Both the position numbers and the translations under genes were made by a program. The notes beneath the pieces are model-generated. The model was not told the DNA's origin. It was given only the letters and a program-made list of their open reading frames with translations, and did no database searches. From an uncultured bacterium (GTDB lineage: Bacteria; Krumholzibacteriota; Krumholzibacteriia; WVZY01), in contig CAZZKJ010000002.1 in the NCBI GenBank assembly GCA_964654695.1, positions 1,363-65,362 on the forward strand: a DNA stretch of 64,000 nucleotides, read 5' to 3'. This document shows, in pieces, positions 54,602-64,000 of this stretch; position 1 is the first letter of the stretch, and every line of letters starts with the position of its first letter.

Positions 54602-56362
54602 ATGAAAGGCTCGAACTTGCCGCCCATCAACCAAAGCCGGCCTGCAAATGAAGTCTCGAGTGGAATCAAATCCGTTCGTACGGCGATTATATGTTTCATT
54701 TTCTTGGTTGTATGTCCTTTTTTCATTTATGAATTTTATCAGATGGGCAGGACGGAATTCGATGATGCATATATGTACATACGCTATGCGAGGCATTTCC
54801 TGGATGGATACGGCTTTTCCTGGAATATTTCCGAAGGCTCCGCTTATGGATGTACAAGTGTTCTTTATCTGCTCCTTATTACCCTCGAACGCGGCCTCAC
54901 CTCACTATCCGACGGCTCGGTGCTGACAATAACATCCCTGTTGTCCGGGTTGGCCGCAGTCACCGCCCTTTCGGCTCTCGCCCACTCCATACTGGAATCC
55001 CCGGGATTGCGCCGCGCATGGGTTCCCCTTCTCGTCGTACCCGCCGTCGTCGCTACCAAAGAGTTTGTCTACCACTGCAAAACGGGCATGGAAACGAACC
55101 TCGCCCTGTTCCTGATTACTCTTTTCTGTTTGTTCGTTTTTAAGTATACGAAGAGACAGACCCGTCTTCGCTTTGTGTTAATCCTCGTCACCGGTTATCT
55201 GAGCTTTCTTACCCGTCCTGACGCCGGGATATACTGGATTCTCTTCCCGCCGGTCTTTTTTATATTTTGGGGCGGCTTGCCTTTGAAACGTACTTTTGCA
55301 TACATAGCTTCGTGCGTCGCAATCCTGGCAATCGATGCATTGATCAAGATCCGTCTGTTTGGAGGATTCATTCCGCTGCCTTTCTTCGCCAAGTCCAACG
55401 GATTTTATGAAGGATACCTGGGGATGCATGAATGGAACGCATTCGAGTTCCTGGTTTCATTTTTCAGGATAAGCCTGCCGTTTGTTCTCGCGATCATATG
55501 CCTGGGCGGCCGTACCGTCCTGAAAAAGATCTTTCTAATCCTGATCCCTTTATTTCTGACTTTCGCTTACTTTTCATCAATAGTTCAGATTATGGGTTAC
55601 AAATCGCGTTTCTACTATCCATCCCTGCCGTTCATGCTCACCGCCGCTATGCTTGCACTCAATTCCTTCACGGCTTCGGGAGGCAGGATACGAGTTGCAG
55701 ACGCAAGGTCGCTCGCCGTGCGGATGCTGGTAATCGTTCTGGCGCTGGTGATTTTTGCGGGATCCGTTTTCTGGTATGTCACGGACTTCGCGTGGAACAA
55801 AATCCATGATGCGCGAGGGCAGGAATTCCTCCCGAAAAGAGAGTACGTCTTAGCCGACGGGACTTCGGAAGAACTTCCGCTTCCGGAATGGTGGGAGGCG
55901 GTTGGATCGCTTGCGGATCTGCTGCAAAGCCTGCCCGCCGAAGTCGTATTCGCAGGGTCCGAATACGGCTTTGTAGGTTCGCGCATACCGGAGAAAAAAA
56001 TCATAGACCTTGTAGGACTTCATGATAAAAAAATTGCAAAAAAAGGCTTCTCGCTGGATCATATCCTCGAACAGAAGCCAGATATTATTTGGTTCCCGCA
56101 CTGGGACTACTCCCGTATTATTGTTGAATTCCTGGACAGCCCGCGGTTCGCAGCCGATTTCGATTATATCCCGCGCATCTATATGTGCGGCCTCGCGGTT
56201 CGAAAAGATTCGCAGTACTTCAATCAAATCGCGGAAGGAATACAGAAGCAGTTTTCCATTCTCTACGGCCGGGGAGATATATCGGGATACATAGCGCAGC
56301 CGGCAGATGCCGGCCCCAAAGAAACAGCCCGGCCATTCCCTCCCTACGACCCCGGATCATAA
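54602..56362 (+). CDS. Large polytopic membrane protein, possible GT-C-fold glycosyltransferase with C-terminal soluble domain
   Basis: About 11 TM helices in the first 400 aa. Acidic first-loop motif 'EFDDAYMYIRYARHFLDGYGF' (a DD motif as in GT-C enzymes). C-terminal ~190-aa soluble domain. No confident family. Confidence 0.35.
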   Translation: MKGSNLPPINQSRPANEVSSGIKSVRTAIICFIFLVVCPFFIYEFYQMGRTEFDDAYMYIRYARHFLDGYGFSWNISEGSAYGCTSVLYLLLITLERGLTSLSDGSVLTITSLLSGLAAVTALSALAHSILESPGLRRAWVPLLVVPAVVATKEFVYHCKTGMETNLALFLITLFCLFVFKYTKRQTRLRFVLILVTGYLSFLTRPDAGIYWILFPPVFFIFWGGLPLKRTFAYIASCVAILAIDALIKIRLFGGFIPLPFFAKSNGFYEGYLGMHEWNAFEFLVSFFRISLPFVLAIICLGGRTVLKKIFLILIPLFLTFAYFSSIVQIMGYKSRFYYPSLPFMLTAAMLALNSFTASGGRIRVADARSLAVRMLVIVLALVIFAGSVFWYVTDFAWNKIHDARGQEFLPKREYVLADGTSEELPLPEWWEAVGSLADLLQSLPAEVVFAGSEYGFVGSRIPEKKIIDLVGLHDKKIAKKGFSLDHILEQKPDIIWFPHWDYSRIIVEFLDSPRFAADFDYIPRIYMCGLAVRKDSQYFNQIAEGIQKQFSILYGRGDISGYIAQPADAGPKETARPFPPYDPGS

Positions 56363-56756
56363 TCCACAGCCGGCGCTTTGACATGGGATATCGGTTGCTG
56401 CATCCATTTGAGCTAAAACCCGGATTGCACATACGCAGCTTTTATTGTATTCTCTAACCGTTCAAAAAACAGCAGGAGCCCCACACAAAACGAATTGAAC
56501 ACATCATTCTTAGAGAGTCCTCTCATGAACAAAGCTTGTTTCAGCAGGCGTCCCGCAAAAACGGAATATTTCGATTATAATGTCAGGCTTTTTCAGGGAT
56601 TTGATGAAAATATTCTTGGAAGCAAAGGCCGGGCCAGTGGACATTTTTTCACAGTCCGATCCATACTCCATATAATCGCCGGGCATGCCGCCCACCATTT
56701 AGATTTCTTGAGCAAAAACTACCTGCTTTAGTGCGCCTAGAGCAAATTTGTTATAA

Positions 56757-58349
56757 ATGAAAACCCCTGATACCGACAGATCCGTGAACTTGAAGTATCG
56801 GAATAAATATGAAGGGCTTTCCTCGCTGCGGTGCCTTCTCCGTTTGTGCTTTACAGTAGCGATCGCGGCCGGAATTGGGCCCCCGCCCACATCGGCCGCG
56901 CACAAAGGCGTGGATCCCAAGCATATCTCCTTTTTGATAGAACAGATGTCAACTGATATGCGGTACGAAATATCGTCGCTGCAGTATCTGCTTGAACCCG
57001 GGGAACTGCTCGAACTGCTCAAGCTTCGCACCGATTACGCGCGAGTCAGGTGGATTCGAGAATTCTGGGAATCTCAAGATCCGGTATTCACCACGAAGGA
57101 GAACGAACGCCTGACCGAACATAAGCAGCGCGTTGCTTATGCGGAATCCAACTTTTACATACCGCGCTGGCCGATGTGGGACCAGCGCGGAGAAGTTTAC
57201 ATCCGCTTCGGTCCTCCCGATTTCCGCAAAGCGATCGAACCCAAAACGACTATTATGGGCCCGATTCCCAAGAAAGAAATATGGTACTACGGGCAGTTCG
57301 ATATGTATGTTCTCTTTGAAGACGCTTTATCCAACGGCGAATATACTTGCTTTTTGAAGCACATTAGAGCCGCGCGCGGGATGTCCCTCGGTATAGCCGG
57401 TGATGGTATTGACGCTCCGGTCGGCAAGGAGACTATTCTTCCACCCAGAATTACCGTAGAATCCCGCTTGGATTTGATTGAAAAAAAACTCAACAATTTC
57501 ACCGAAGTGGCTCGGTCAATCCGCGCCTCATCCCGCTATCAATCCCGGAGATTCAAACTTCCTTTTGTTTTCCAGGCGGCCGATTTCCGGGGAGGCGCGT
57601 CGCTCAACCGGGTCGATGTCAATATCGAGTTCTCAGCCGATTCGTCCGCGGTCAAAAACAAAGAAGACTTCATGGAATACACCGCGACGGCCGTGTGCAT
57701 GAATACCGACAAAAAGGAAATCGGACGCGATGCCCGCAGCATAAAAATTCCAACCCCGCTAGCCGCGTCCGCGGACATGCGCCTTATACCGACGCAGCTG
57801 ACGTTTTCCCTTCCTCCCGGGTTCTATTTCCTGGCGGTTACAATGGAAGAGAAAGGCACCGGCAGGTTGACTTCATATCGCAAAGATATTACGTGCAGGG
57901 ATTTCGAAAACAATCTGTCCGTAAGCGATGTGCTTTTCGCCAGGAAAATAACACCCGCCAAAGGCAACTCAATGTTTAACAGAGGGGCGATTCAGGTTGT
58001 TCCGCATCCTTTATCCCGTTACCGCAAGCCGGTCGGCATTCCCGTCTATTTTGAAGTTTACAACCTGTTTAATGATCAAAACGGATCCGCTTCGTATACT
58101 GTTGAGTACAGGATCGTTTCCCGCCAATTGAAAAAAGCGGGATTCTGGGGTCTCTTCAAGAGAGCAAAACCGTTGTTCGATATATCATCCAGTTTCCAGG
58201 CAGCATGCCGCGGCGGCCGCGACCAGGTTCACATAGATATTGGTTCGGACAACTTCGACAAGGGAGAGTATACTCTCAACGTAATAATCACGGACAACCT
58301 GTCCGGAAATAAAGCCGAAAGGGAAGCGGATTTTACGATATTGGAGTAA
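56757..58349 (+). CDS. GWxTD domain-containing protein
   Basis: 'RWPMWDQRGEVYIRFGPPDF' matches the GWxTD-domain core (GWxTDRG..Y..GPPD) found in FCB-group bacteria. Signal-like N-terminus. 530 aa. Confidence 0.5.
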   Translation: MKTPDTDRSVNLKYRNKYEGLSSLRCLLRLCFTVAIAAGIGPPPTSAAHKGVDPKHISFLIEQMSTDMRYEISSLQYLLEPGELLELLKLRTDYARVRWIREFWESQDPVFTTKENERLTEHKQRVAYAESNFYIPRWPMWDQRGEVYIRFGPPDFRKAIEPKTTIMGPIPKKEIWYYGQFDMYVLFEDALSNGEYTCFLKHIRAARGMSLGIAGDGIDAPVGKETILPPRITVESRLDLIEKKLNNFTEVARSIRASSRYQSRRFKLPFVFQAADFRGGASLNRVDVNIEFSADSSAVKNKEDFMEYTATAVCMNTDKKEIGRDARSIKIPTPLAASADMRLIPTQLTFSLPPGFYFLAVTMEEKGTGRLTSYRKDITCRDFENNLSVSDVLFARKITPAKGNSMFNRGAIQVVPHPLSRYRKPVGIPVYFEVYNLFNDQNGSASYTVEYRIVSRQLKKAGFWGLFKRAKPLFDISSSFQAACRGGRDQVHIDIGSDNFDKGEYTLNVIITDNLSGNKAEREADFTILE

Positions 58350-58365
58350 GCCGCTCATCAAAAAA

Positions 58366-59022
58366 ATGCCTAAAACCGTCATATTCGCCAACGGATGCCC
58401 CATGGAAGAACCACCGGTTGATGATCTTATCCATCCGGAGGATACGGTTATTTGCGCCGACGGCGGGGCCGTTCACGCTTTGTCCTTGGGAATAATCCCA
58501 AATATCGTCATTGGAGACTGCGATTCTCTGCCGAAGGGAACAACCGACGACCTGCGTGCACGCGGCGTCCAGATTATTAAAAAGCCATCAAAAAAAAACG
58601 AAACCGACCTGGAACTCGCCGTGCAATTGGCGGTGGCAAGAGGAGCGTCTCGTATTTTAGTCCTCACCGCTCTCGGCGGCAGGATGGATCAGAGCCTGGC
58701 AAATATCCTATTGCTGGCGAAACCTGAATGGCAGCCCATACGGATTGAATTGGCGGAAGGAAAACAAGCAGCAGTTCTCATACGCGGCCCCGACGAGATA
58801 GAGATTGCCGGCGATAAAGGTGATATATTCTCGTTGATTCCACTCAGTGAAGTATTGAACGGCGTGACCCTCGAAGGTCTGGAATGGCCGGCGAAAGACT
58901 CGGTTTTTCACCTCGGCAGCACCGAGCCCATAAGCAACTCTTTTACGGGAGAAAAAGCCCTGGTCCGTATCGATTCAGGAACAGCCCTTATCGTACACAT
59001 CCCCAAAATCGCAGCCCGATAA
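58366..59022 (+). CDS. Thiamine diphosphokinase (thiamine pyrophosphokinase)
   Basis: 'VICADGGAVHA', the 'IVIGDCDSL' (GDxDS) motif and 'ETDLELAV' are TPK catalytic-domain signatures, followed by a C-terminal thiamin-binding beta-domain. Confidence 0.7.
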   Translation: MPKTVIFANGCPMEEPPVDDLIHPEDTVICADGGAVHALSLGIIPNIVIGDCDSLPKGTTDDLRARGVQIIKKPSKKNETDLELAVQLAVARGASRILVLTALGGRMDQSLANILLLAKPEWQPIRIELAEGKQAAVLIRGPDEIEIAGDKGDIFSLIPLSEVLNGVTLEGLEWPAKDSVFHLGSTEPISNSFTGEKALVRIDSGTALIVHIPKIAAR

Positions 59023-59050
59023 TTGGGGCTGCCTGGACAATTATTCTTAT

Positions 59051-59659
59051 TTGCCATATGATGTAATCCCAAATTACAATCCCAAAAGGCAGGACTTTAT
59101 TATCAAAACAAAACCGCCCACAATTGGCTGTTATTCCCGCCGCATAAAAGCTTTATTTTTTATTCCGGCATTTTTCACTCTGGTTATTACTGCATGCGGG
59201 CCGGAAGAGGAGTTGGAGTGGCCGGTCGTAAAAAACAAAATCCGCAGCCGCTTCCCGGATGTCGCGCAGATGTCCACCGAAGAGTTGGCAGGACTTATGG
59301 AGGTTGAAAACGGAAACAAACCCGTTCTCATTGACGTTCGCGCACTTGAGGAGTTCGAGGTCAGCCGTATTCGCGGCGCAAAACGCGCCGAAAGTGAACG
59401 CGATGCTATCGAAGTTCTAAAGAACATAGACAAAGATTGCCCGATAGTGCTTTATTGCTCGGTCGGCTATCGGTCGTCGCAGCTGGCGGACAAGCTGCGC
59501 CGCCGCGGCTATTCAAAGGTATTCAATCTGGAGGGGGCCATTTTCCAATGGGCCAATGAAGGAAGACCGGTTTATTCCGACAGCGGCAGGGTTTACAGGG
59601 TTCATCCCTATGACCGCCGCTGGGGACGGTTATTGGATGAAAAATACAGGACACATTAA
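59051..59659 (+). CDS. Rhodanese-domain protein (sulfurtransferase), probable lipoprotein
   Basis: 'VLIDVRALEEFEVSRIRGA' and the active-site loop 'IVLYCSVGYRSS' with catalytic Cys. N-terminal 'FFTLVITACG' lipobox-like. The true start is uncertain; it may be a non-ATG codon. Confidence 0.6.
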   Translation: MPYDVIPNYNPKRQDFIIKTKPPTIGCYSRRIKALFFIPAFFTLVITACGPEEELEWPVVKNKIRSRFPDVAQMSTEELAGLMEVENGNKPVLIDVRALEEFEVSRIRGAKRAESERDAIEVLKNIDKDCPIVLYCSVGYRSSQLADKLRRRGYSKVFNLEGAIFQWANEGRPVYSDSGRVYRVHPYDRRWGRLLDEKYRTH

Positions 59660-59678
59660 TACTCCGGATTGCTCCTAT

Positions 59679-60425
59679 ATGGATGGATCTAAACCTCTTT
59701 CTGTCAGCATTGTAATCCCATTGAAAAACGAGCACGAATCCATCATTCCGCTTGCCTGTGAAATACAATCGGTCATGGACGGTTTGGAGTTTCCATGGGA
59801 ATGCATTTGGATCGATGACGGTTCAACGGATAATTCACTGCAGGAGCTAAAAAAAATCCGCGACGGGAATTCCTGCCATCATTTTATCCGGTTTCAAAAT
59901 AATTTCGGACAATCCGCAGCCATTTCTGAGGGATTCAAGCATGCTTCGGGACGAATCATTGCAACGATGGATGCAGATTTGCAAAGCGATCCGAAGGATA
60001 TTCCAAAACTGCTCAAACTGCTGCTAGAAAGCGGCGCAGACATGGTAAACGGCGTGCGCAGAAACCGCAAGGATTCCCGGACAAGAAAATTTTCATCTCG
60101 AATCGCAAATGGTTTCCGTAATATTGTTACCGGCAGCCGGGTGACGGATATCGGCTGTTCGATGAGGATATTCAAGCGGGAATGCGTGGACGGTATTATT
60201 CTTTTCAAGGGAATGCACAGGTTTCTTCCCACGCTGGCGGAATCAAACGGCTGCAAAATCATGGAAACAGATGTGAATCACCGCCAAAGGCGCTACGGCA
60301 GGCCCAAATACGGCGTCAGCAACCGGTTGTGGGTGGGCATACTGGATACACTTATGATAAGGTGGTACTGTTTCAGGCGCATCAATCCACAAATCGAATC
60401 GAAATCCATAGAAAAGGAAGACTAG
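59679..60425 (+). CDS. Glycosyltransferase family 2, polyprenol-phosphate sugar transferase (ArnC/GtrB-like)
   Basis: 'LSVSIVIPLKNEHESI...IWIDDGSTDNS' and 'IATMDADLQSDP' (DxD). Start at ATG 59679, 20 bp after the rhodanese stop. Confidence 0.75.
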   Translation: MDGSKPLSVSIVIPLKNEHESIIPLACEIQSVMDGLEFPWECIWIDDGSTDNSLQELKKIRDGNSCHHFIRFQNNFGQSAAISEGFKHASGRIIATMDADLQSDPKDIPKLLKLLLESGADMVNGVRRNRKDSRTRKFSSRIANGFRNIVTGSRVTDIGCSMRIFKRECVDGIILFKGMHRFLPTLAESNGCKIMETDVNHRQRRYGRPKYGVSNRLWVGILDTLMIRWYCFRRINPQIESKSIEKED

Positions 60426-60427
60426 GG

Positions 60428-60715
60428 ATGGATAAGCTCTGGCTGATAGTGGGATTCTTGGGACAAGTAATTTTCGGGGGACGTTTTGTGATCCAATGGA
60501 TAAGCAGCGAAAGAGCTCGCAAGAGCTATGTGCCGATTGCGTTCTGGTACATGAGTATAGCCGGGGCTGCCTGTCTTCTCGTCTATGCGCTTCATAAGAA
60601 AGATCCCGTATTCATATTGGGCCAGTCCACAGGATTCCTGATATACTCCCGCAACCTTTATCTCATTCGCCGGCAGAAACAGGATATACATGGCCCTGCG
60701 GTCAGACAGGCATAA
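60428..60715 (+). CDS. Small membrane protein with lipid-A-biosynthesis N-terminal-like (LAB_N) domain
   Basis: 'MDKLWLIVGFLGQVIFGGRFVIQWISSERARKSYVPIAFWYMSIAGAACLLVYALHKKDPVFILGQ' matches the LAB_N/DUF2304-type 3-TM domain that commonly sits between ArnC-like and ArnT-like genes. Start at ATG 60428, 3 bp after the GT2 stop. Confidence 0.55.
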   Translation: MDKLWLIVGFLGQVIFGGRFVIQWISSERARKSYVPIAFWYMSIAGAACLLVYALHKKDPVFILGQSTGFLIYSRNLYLIRRQKQDIHGPAVRQA

Positions 60716-62195
60716 TCTGCTTCTCGTTCTGGCCGTTGCGGCCGTAACGGGCATTTCATTCCAGGGCTCCAGGGGACTCTATGAAACTACCGAAGGCCGC
60801 TATGCCGAATGCGCCCGGGAGATGGCTGAAACCAATAATTGGCTGACCCCCCAGATCGATTATAAACCCCACCTGTCCAAGCCTCCGCTTGCATACTGGG
60901 CTATTGCCGCCGGTTTGAAAGCAGCCGGCAGAAACGAATGGGGGGCCAGGCTGCCCGGCGCCCTGGCCTTCATCCTGATCTCGCTGGCCCTCTACAGAAC
61001 AGGATCGCTCATGTGGGATGACCGCACCGGGCTTTTGGCGGGTGTGGTCTTTGCAACATCGCCTTTCGCGGTCGCAGGAGAAAACAGCCTTTCTACAGAT
61101 ATATTCCTCGCTCTCTGGTCGGTGCTGACGGTGATGGGCTACTGGAAAGCCCAAAGGGCTCAAACCTCCGGTACCGGCAGGATATGGATGCTTTCGGCAT
61201 GGTTCTTTGCGGCTATGGGGTTTTTGACCAAAGGGCCGCCTTCGCTGCTCACCCCCGCTTCCATACTGGTATTTCATTTTTGTTGCAAGCGCAGGAGCGA
61301 AAAGCCGAAATCTCTCTTTGCGTTTCCCGGCGTATTGCTGTTCCTGGCGGCCGGATTATCCTGGTACGTATTCTCGGTTTTCAAGCATTCGGGCACCGCC
61401 TCATACTTTTTGGGACAAGAAGTTTTCGAGCGTATCTTCACAGGCAAGTTTCACCGAAATCCACATTGGTACTCGCCTGTTTTCGTTTACATACTGCCCA
61501 TTGTATTTGGATTGGGAGGATGGCTCGCGTTTATACCCGGGATTTTAAGAAGATATGGAGCACTAAAAAAGCCTTTTATGTTTGCGCGATCGCTGACTTC
61601 ATCTCCGGAAAAATTCTTCACAGCAATATGGTGCGTTCTCCCCCTGCTCGTTCTTTCTGTTTCACGCAGCCGGCTTCCTCTCTATATGCTTCCATTTTTC
61701 CCCGCCATCGTCTTGGGTATTGCCCGCAGTATAAGGATGCTCGGAGGGTCTTCGCAAAAGAGAAAAATTATTCTGGTGGCGGCCTGCAGCACGCTGCTTC
61801 TTGCGGCCGCCAAGAATTTTTCGCAGTATTATAAGTCCGACCTCGATATGCGCAGGCTTTATAACAGCATGCCGGCGGCCGTTCCCGGTCGGACGGATTA
61901 TTTTATCTACAGAGAAAATAATATGTTCGGACTTCAATTCTATCTGGACGGCTCGCTCGAAAGGGTCCGCGGCCAATCCGACACCGGGAGGCCGGGCGTG
62001 GATCTTGAAGCTGTCATAAACAACATCAAGACCGGTTCCGAACGAAGAAAAGCCGTATTCGTAGTTCGCAAAAACAATACATCCCTTGAGCGCCGCCTTG
62101 AAGAGGCCGGGCTTCAACTCAATAAAAGGCGCGCATCCGGTTCGTTCTATATTATCTCCCTGGAGGAGGGCTCTTCGGGACCTCCGGAGCATTAA
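60690..62195 (+). CDS. ArnT/PMT-like GT-C glycosyltransferase (GT83/GT39 family; undecaprenyl-phosphate-sugar dependent)
   Basis: 'YETTEGRYAECAREMAETNNWLTPQIDYKPHLSKPPLAYWAIAAG' is the ArnT/PMT N-terminal motif region. About 11 TM helices. C-terminal periplasmic domain. 501 aa. Confidence 0.7.
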   Translation: MALRSDRHNLLLVLAVAAVTGISFQGSRGLYETTEGRYAECAREMAETNNWLTPQIDYKPHLSKPPLAYWAIAAGLKAAGRNEWGARLPGALAFILISLALYRTGSLMWDDRTGLLAGVVFATSPFAVAGENSLSTDIFLALWSVLTVMGYWKAQRAQTSGTGRIWMLSAWFFAAMGFLTKGPPSLLTPASILVFHFCCKRRSEKPKSLFAFPGVLLFLAAGLSWYVFSVFKHSGTASYFLGQEVFERIFTGKFHRNPHWYSPVFVYILPIVFGLGGWLAFIPGILRRYGALKKPFMFARSLTSSPEKFFTAIWCVLPLLVLSVSRSRLPLYMLPFFPAIVLGIARSIRMLGGSSQKRKIILVAACSTLLLAAAKNFSQYYKSDLDMRRLYNSMPAAVPGRTDYFIYRENNMFGLQFYLDGSLERVRGQSDTGRPGVDLEAVINNIKTGSERRKAVFVVRKNNTSLERRLEEAGLQLNKRRASGSFYIISLEEGSSGPPEH

Positions 62196-62286
62196 AACAC
62201 ACCGGAGAACCGGAGAGCATTTTCTTTACTTCGAGCAGCAAATAATGGATAATTAAAATGGTGGTCCCTCACAGCGGGAGGATGCA

Positions 62287-63246
62287 ATGAGCAGCGTTTC
62301 CACATGGATTGAAACGACCCTCAGGTTGAGTACCCACGCCCAATCAAAGATACTCATCTCTCTGATCGTTATAGCCGTTTTGTGGCTTCTTCGCTTTTTG
62401 GTTTCAAGACTGGTTTGGAAGCGCACGGAAGACATCCGCACCCGGTATTTATGGAGAAAAAGCCTCATATACATAGAAGTCGGACTGACCGTCATTCTGG
62501 TGAGCCGCATATGGTTCGAAGGCTTCAAGTCTTTTACAACCTTTCTGGGACTGGTATCGGCCGGCCTGGCTATTGCTTTAAAAGATACGGTGGCCAACAT
62601 TGCAGGCTGGGTTTTCCTGATCGCAAGGAGACCTTTTACTATAGGCGACCGGATACAGGTTGGGGAATGTACGGGGGATGTAATAGACACGCGCTTGTTT
62701 CAATTTACACTTCTTGAAATCGGCAACTGGGTGGACGCGGATCAGAGCACCGGAAGGGTGATCCATGTTCCCAATGGATGGGTCCTATCCAAAACCCTTG
62801 CAAACTACAGCAAGGGGTTCCAATATATATGGCACGAAATCCCGGTGCTGGTCACTTTTGAAAGCAATTGGAGAAATGCAAAAAACATGCTGCAGAGCAT
62901 TGCGGCCAAGCATGCCGAACACCTGAGCAAGTCAGCGGAAAAAAGAGTCAAGGAGGCCAATAAGCGGTTCATGATTTTTTATTCGCACTTTTCTCCATAT
63001 GTCTACACCACCATAAGGGACAGCGGCGTTCTGCTGACGGTGCGTTACCTGTGCGAACCCCGCCGGCGGCGCAGCACCGAGAATGCCATAAGCGAAGATA
63101 TCCTCCTTGAATTCTCCCGACACGATGATATCGATTTTGCTTATCCAACGCAGCGGTTCTATAACAACCATCTGGAAGGAAGAGCGGGAAAAAACGAACC
63201 CGAGACCAAGAAAGAATCCCTGGTGCGCGGCCGCCCGGACAAATAG
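62287..63246 (+). CDS. Mechanosensitive ion channel family protein (MscS-like)
   Basis: Three N-terminal TM helices. The pore-lining TM3/beta-domain is 'GLVSAGLAIALKDTVANIAGWVFLIARRPFTIGDRIQVGECTGDVIDTRLFQFTL'. Confidence 0.75.
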   Translation: MSSVSTWIETTLRLSTHAQSKILISLIVIAVLWLLRFLVSRLVWKRTEDIRTRYLWRKSLIYIEVGLTVILVSRIWFEGFKSFTTFLGLVSAGLAIALKDTVANIAGWVFLIARRPFTIGDRIQVGECTGDVIDTRLFQFTLLEIGNWVDADQSTGRVIHVPNGWVLSKTLANYSKGFQYIWHEIPVLVTFESNWRNAKNMLQSIAAKHAEHLSKSAEKRVKEANKRFMIFYSHFSPYVYTTIRDSGVLLTVRYLCEPRRRRSTENAISEDILLEFSRHDDIDFAYPTQRFYNNHLEGRAGKNEPETKKESLVRGRPDK

Positions 63247-63316
63247 ATAAGCATGCTCAGGCCGATGTGGGAATTCGAGCAGGGATCTACGCGGAAAATA
63301 ATTATCAAGGGATACC

Positions 63317-63892
63317 ATGAAACAACCGATTAAGATAATCATTCTCATTATTATCTGCTGTTCCTTTTACTATATAGCGCCGGCGGCAAAGGCCGGAAAG
63401 TCCGAAAAAAAGAAAGCAAAGAAAATGATCATCACTTCACAAGCTTTCAAAAACGGCGGCGAGATTCCCAAGAAGCATACCTGCCAGGGCAGCGACATAT
63501 CCGTTCCGCTGGAGTGGGCTAATGTTCCCGGCAATACCAGAAGCCTCGTTCTGATAGTGGACGACCCGGACGCGCCCGACCCGAAAGCGCCAAAAATGAC
63601 ATGGGTTCACTGGGTGCTTTACAATATCCCGGTCGAATCAAAGGGCCTTCGGGAAGCAGCGGCATCCGGAGATCTGCCCAAAGGCACACTGAAAGGAATA
63701 AACAGTTGGAAAAGAACCGGCTACGGAGGACCCTGTCCTCCTATCGGGATCCACCGGTATTTTCATAAGCTCTACGCCCTTGATATGGTTTTACCGGATT
63801 TGAAAAGGCCCGATAAAGACGCTCTTGAAAAAGCCATGAGCGGCCACATCATTGCCGAAACCGAGATTGTAGGAAAATATAAGAAACAATGA
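63317..63892 (+). CDS. YbhB/YbcL family PEBP (Raf-kinase-inhibitor-like) protein with signal peptide
   Basis: 'LVLIVDDPDAPDP', 'WVHWVLYNIP' and 'GGPCPPIGIHRYFHKLYALD' are PEBP signatures. N-terminal signal 'IIILIIICCSFYYIAPAAKA'. Confidence 0.75.
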   Translation: MKQPIKIIILIIICCSFYYIAPAAKAGKSEKKKAKKMIITSQAFKNGGEIPKKHTCQGSDISVPLEWANVPGNTRSLVLIVDDPDAPDPKAPKMTWVHWVLYNIPVESKGLREAAASGDLPKGTLKGINSWKRTGYGGPCPPIGIHRYFHKLYALDMVLPDLKRPDKDALEKAMSGHIIAETEIVGKYKKQ

Positions 63893-64000
63893 CGCGGACA
63901 CTTCGCGCCGCGGCGATCGAAAGCAAGGTTGACGGCATCAACGGAGGCATCAACGGGGGACGCGCCTGCTGGGCGGTATCCGGAACCTTTTGTGATAATC

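Noticed and set aside
60182-60427. 82-aa N-terminal extension of the LAB_N small-membrane-protein ORF
   Set aside because: It overlaps the 3' end of the GT2 gene in another frame. The conserved LAB_N domain begins exactly at the ATG at 60428, 3 bp after the GT2 stop.
1-64000. CRISPR arrays, IS elements/transposases, integrases, rRNA genes
   Set aside because: No spaced direct-repeat arrays, terminal inverted repeats flanking a transposase-like ORF, or rRNA-like conserved stretches were seen. Coding density and GC content are uniform apart from the 20185-20835 AT-rich promoter region.

Overview
Dense, contiguous prokaryotic DNA of roughly 55% GC. I call about 57 protein-coding genes and found no rRNA, tRNA, CRISPR array or IS element. 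A C-terminal T9SS sorting domain on the first gene (1-1559) and a GWxTD-domain protein (56757-58349) point to an FCB-group bacterium, in the Bacteroidota/Zixibacteria/Calditrichota/Ignavibacteria range.

The core metabolism and envelope genes are:
- pyrE.
- An M16 peptidase pair.
- A sarcosine-oxidase/HCN-synthase-like three-subunit flavoenzyme.
- An ADP-forming acetate-CoA ligase.
- An RND efflux operon (TolC, adaptor, permease).
- arsC, a ZIP transporter, an OsmC-like protein, a sodium:solute symporter and an MscS-family channel.
- A long minus-strand glycosyltransferase operon with an ArsS-like radical SAM gene.
- An ArnC/ArnT-like lipid-linked glycosylation triad.
- Two TPR-fused GT-C (TMTC-like) mannosyltransferases.

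The most unusual locus lies at about 17.7-28.5 kb. An NtrC-family sigma-54 activator gene sits between two operons, and each operon is preceded by a near-consensus sigma-54 promoter (-24 GG / -12 GC). The operons encode four multihaem c-type cytochromes with 4, 5, 11-12 and 5-7 haem motifs, two NHL-repeat beta-propeller lipoproteins and a 671-aa outer-membrane beta-barrel. The five plus-strand genes are translationally coupled by TTGA/ATGA overlaps. This looks like a sigma-54-controlled porin-cytochrome electron conduit of unusual composition, with NHL propellers in place of the classical outer-membrane cytochrome partners.
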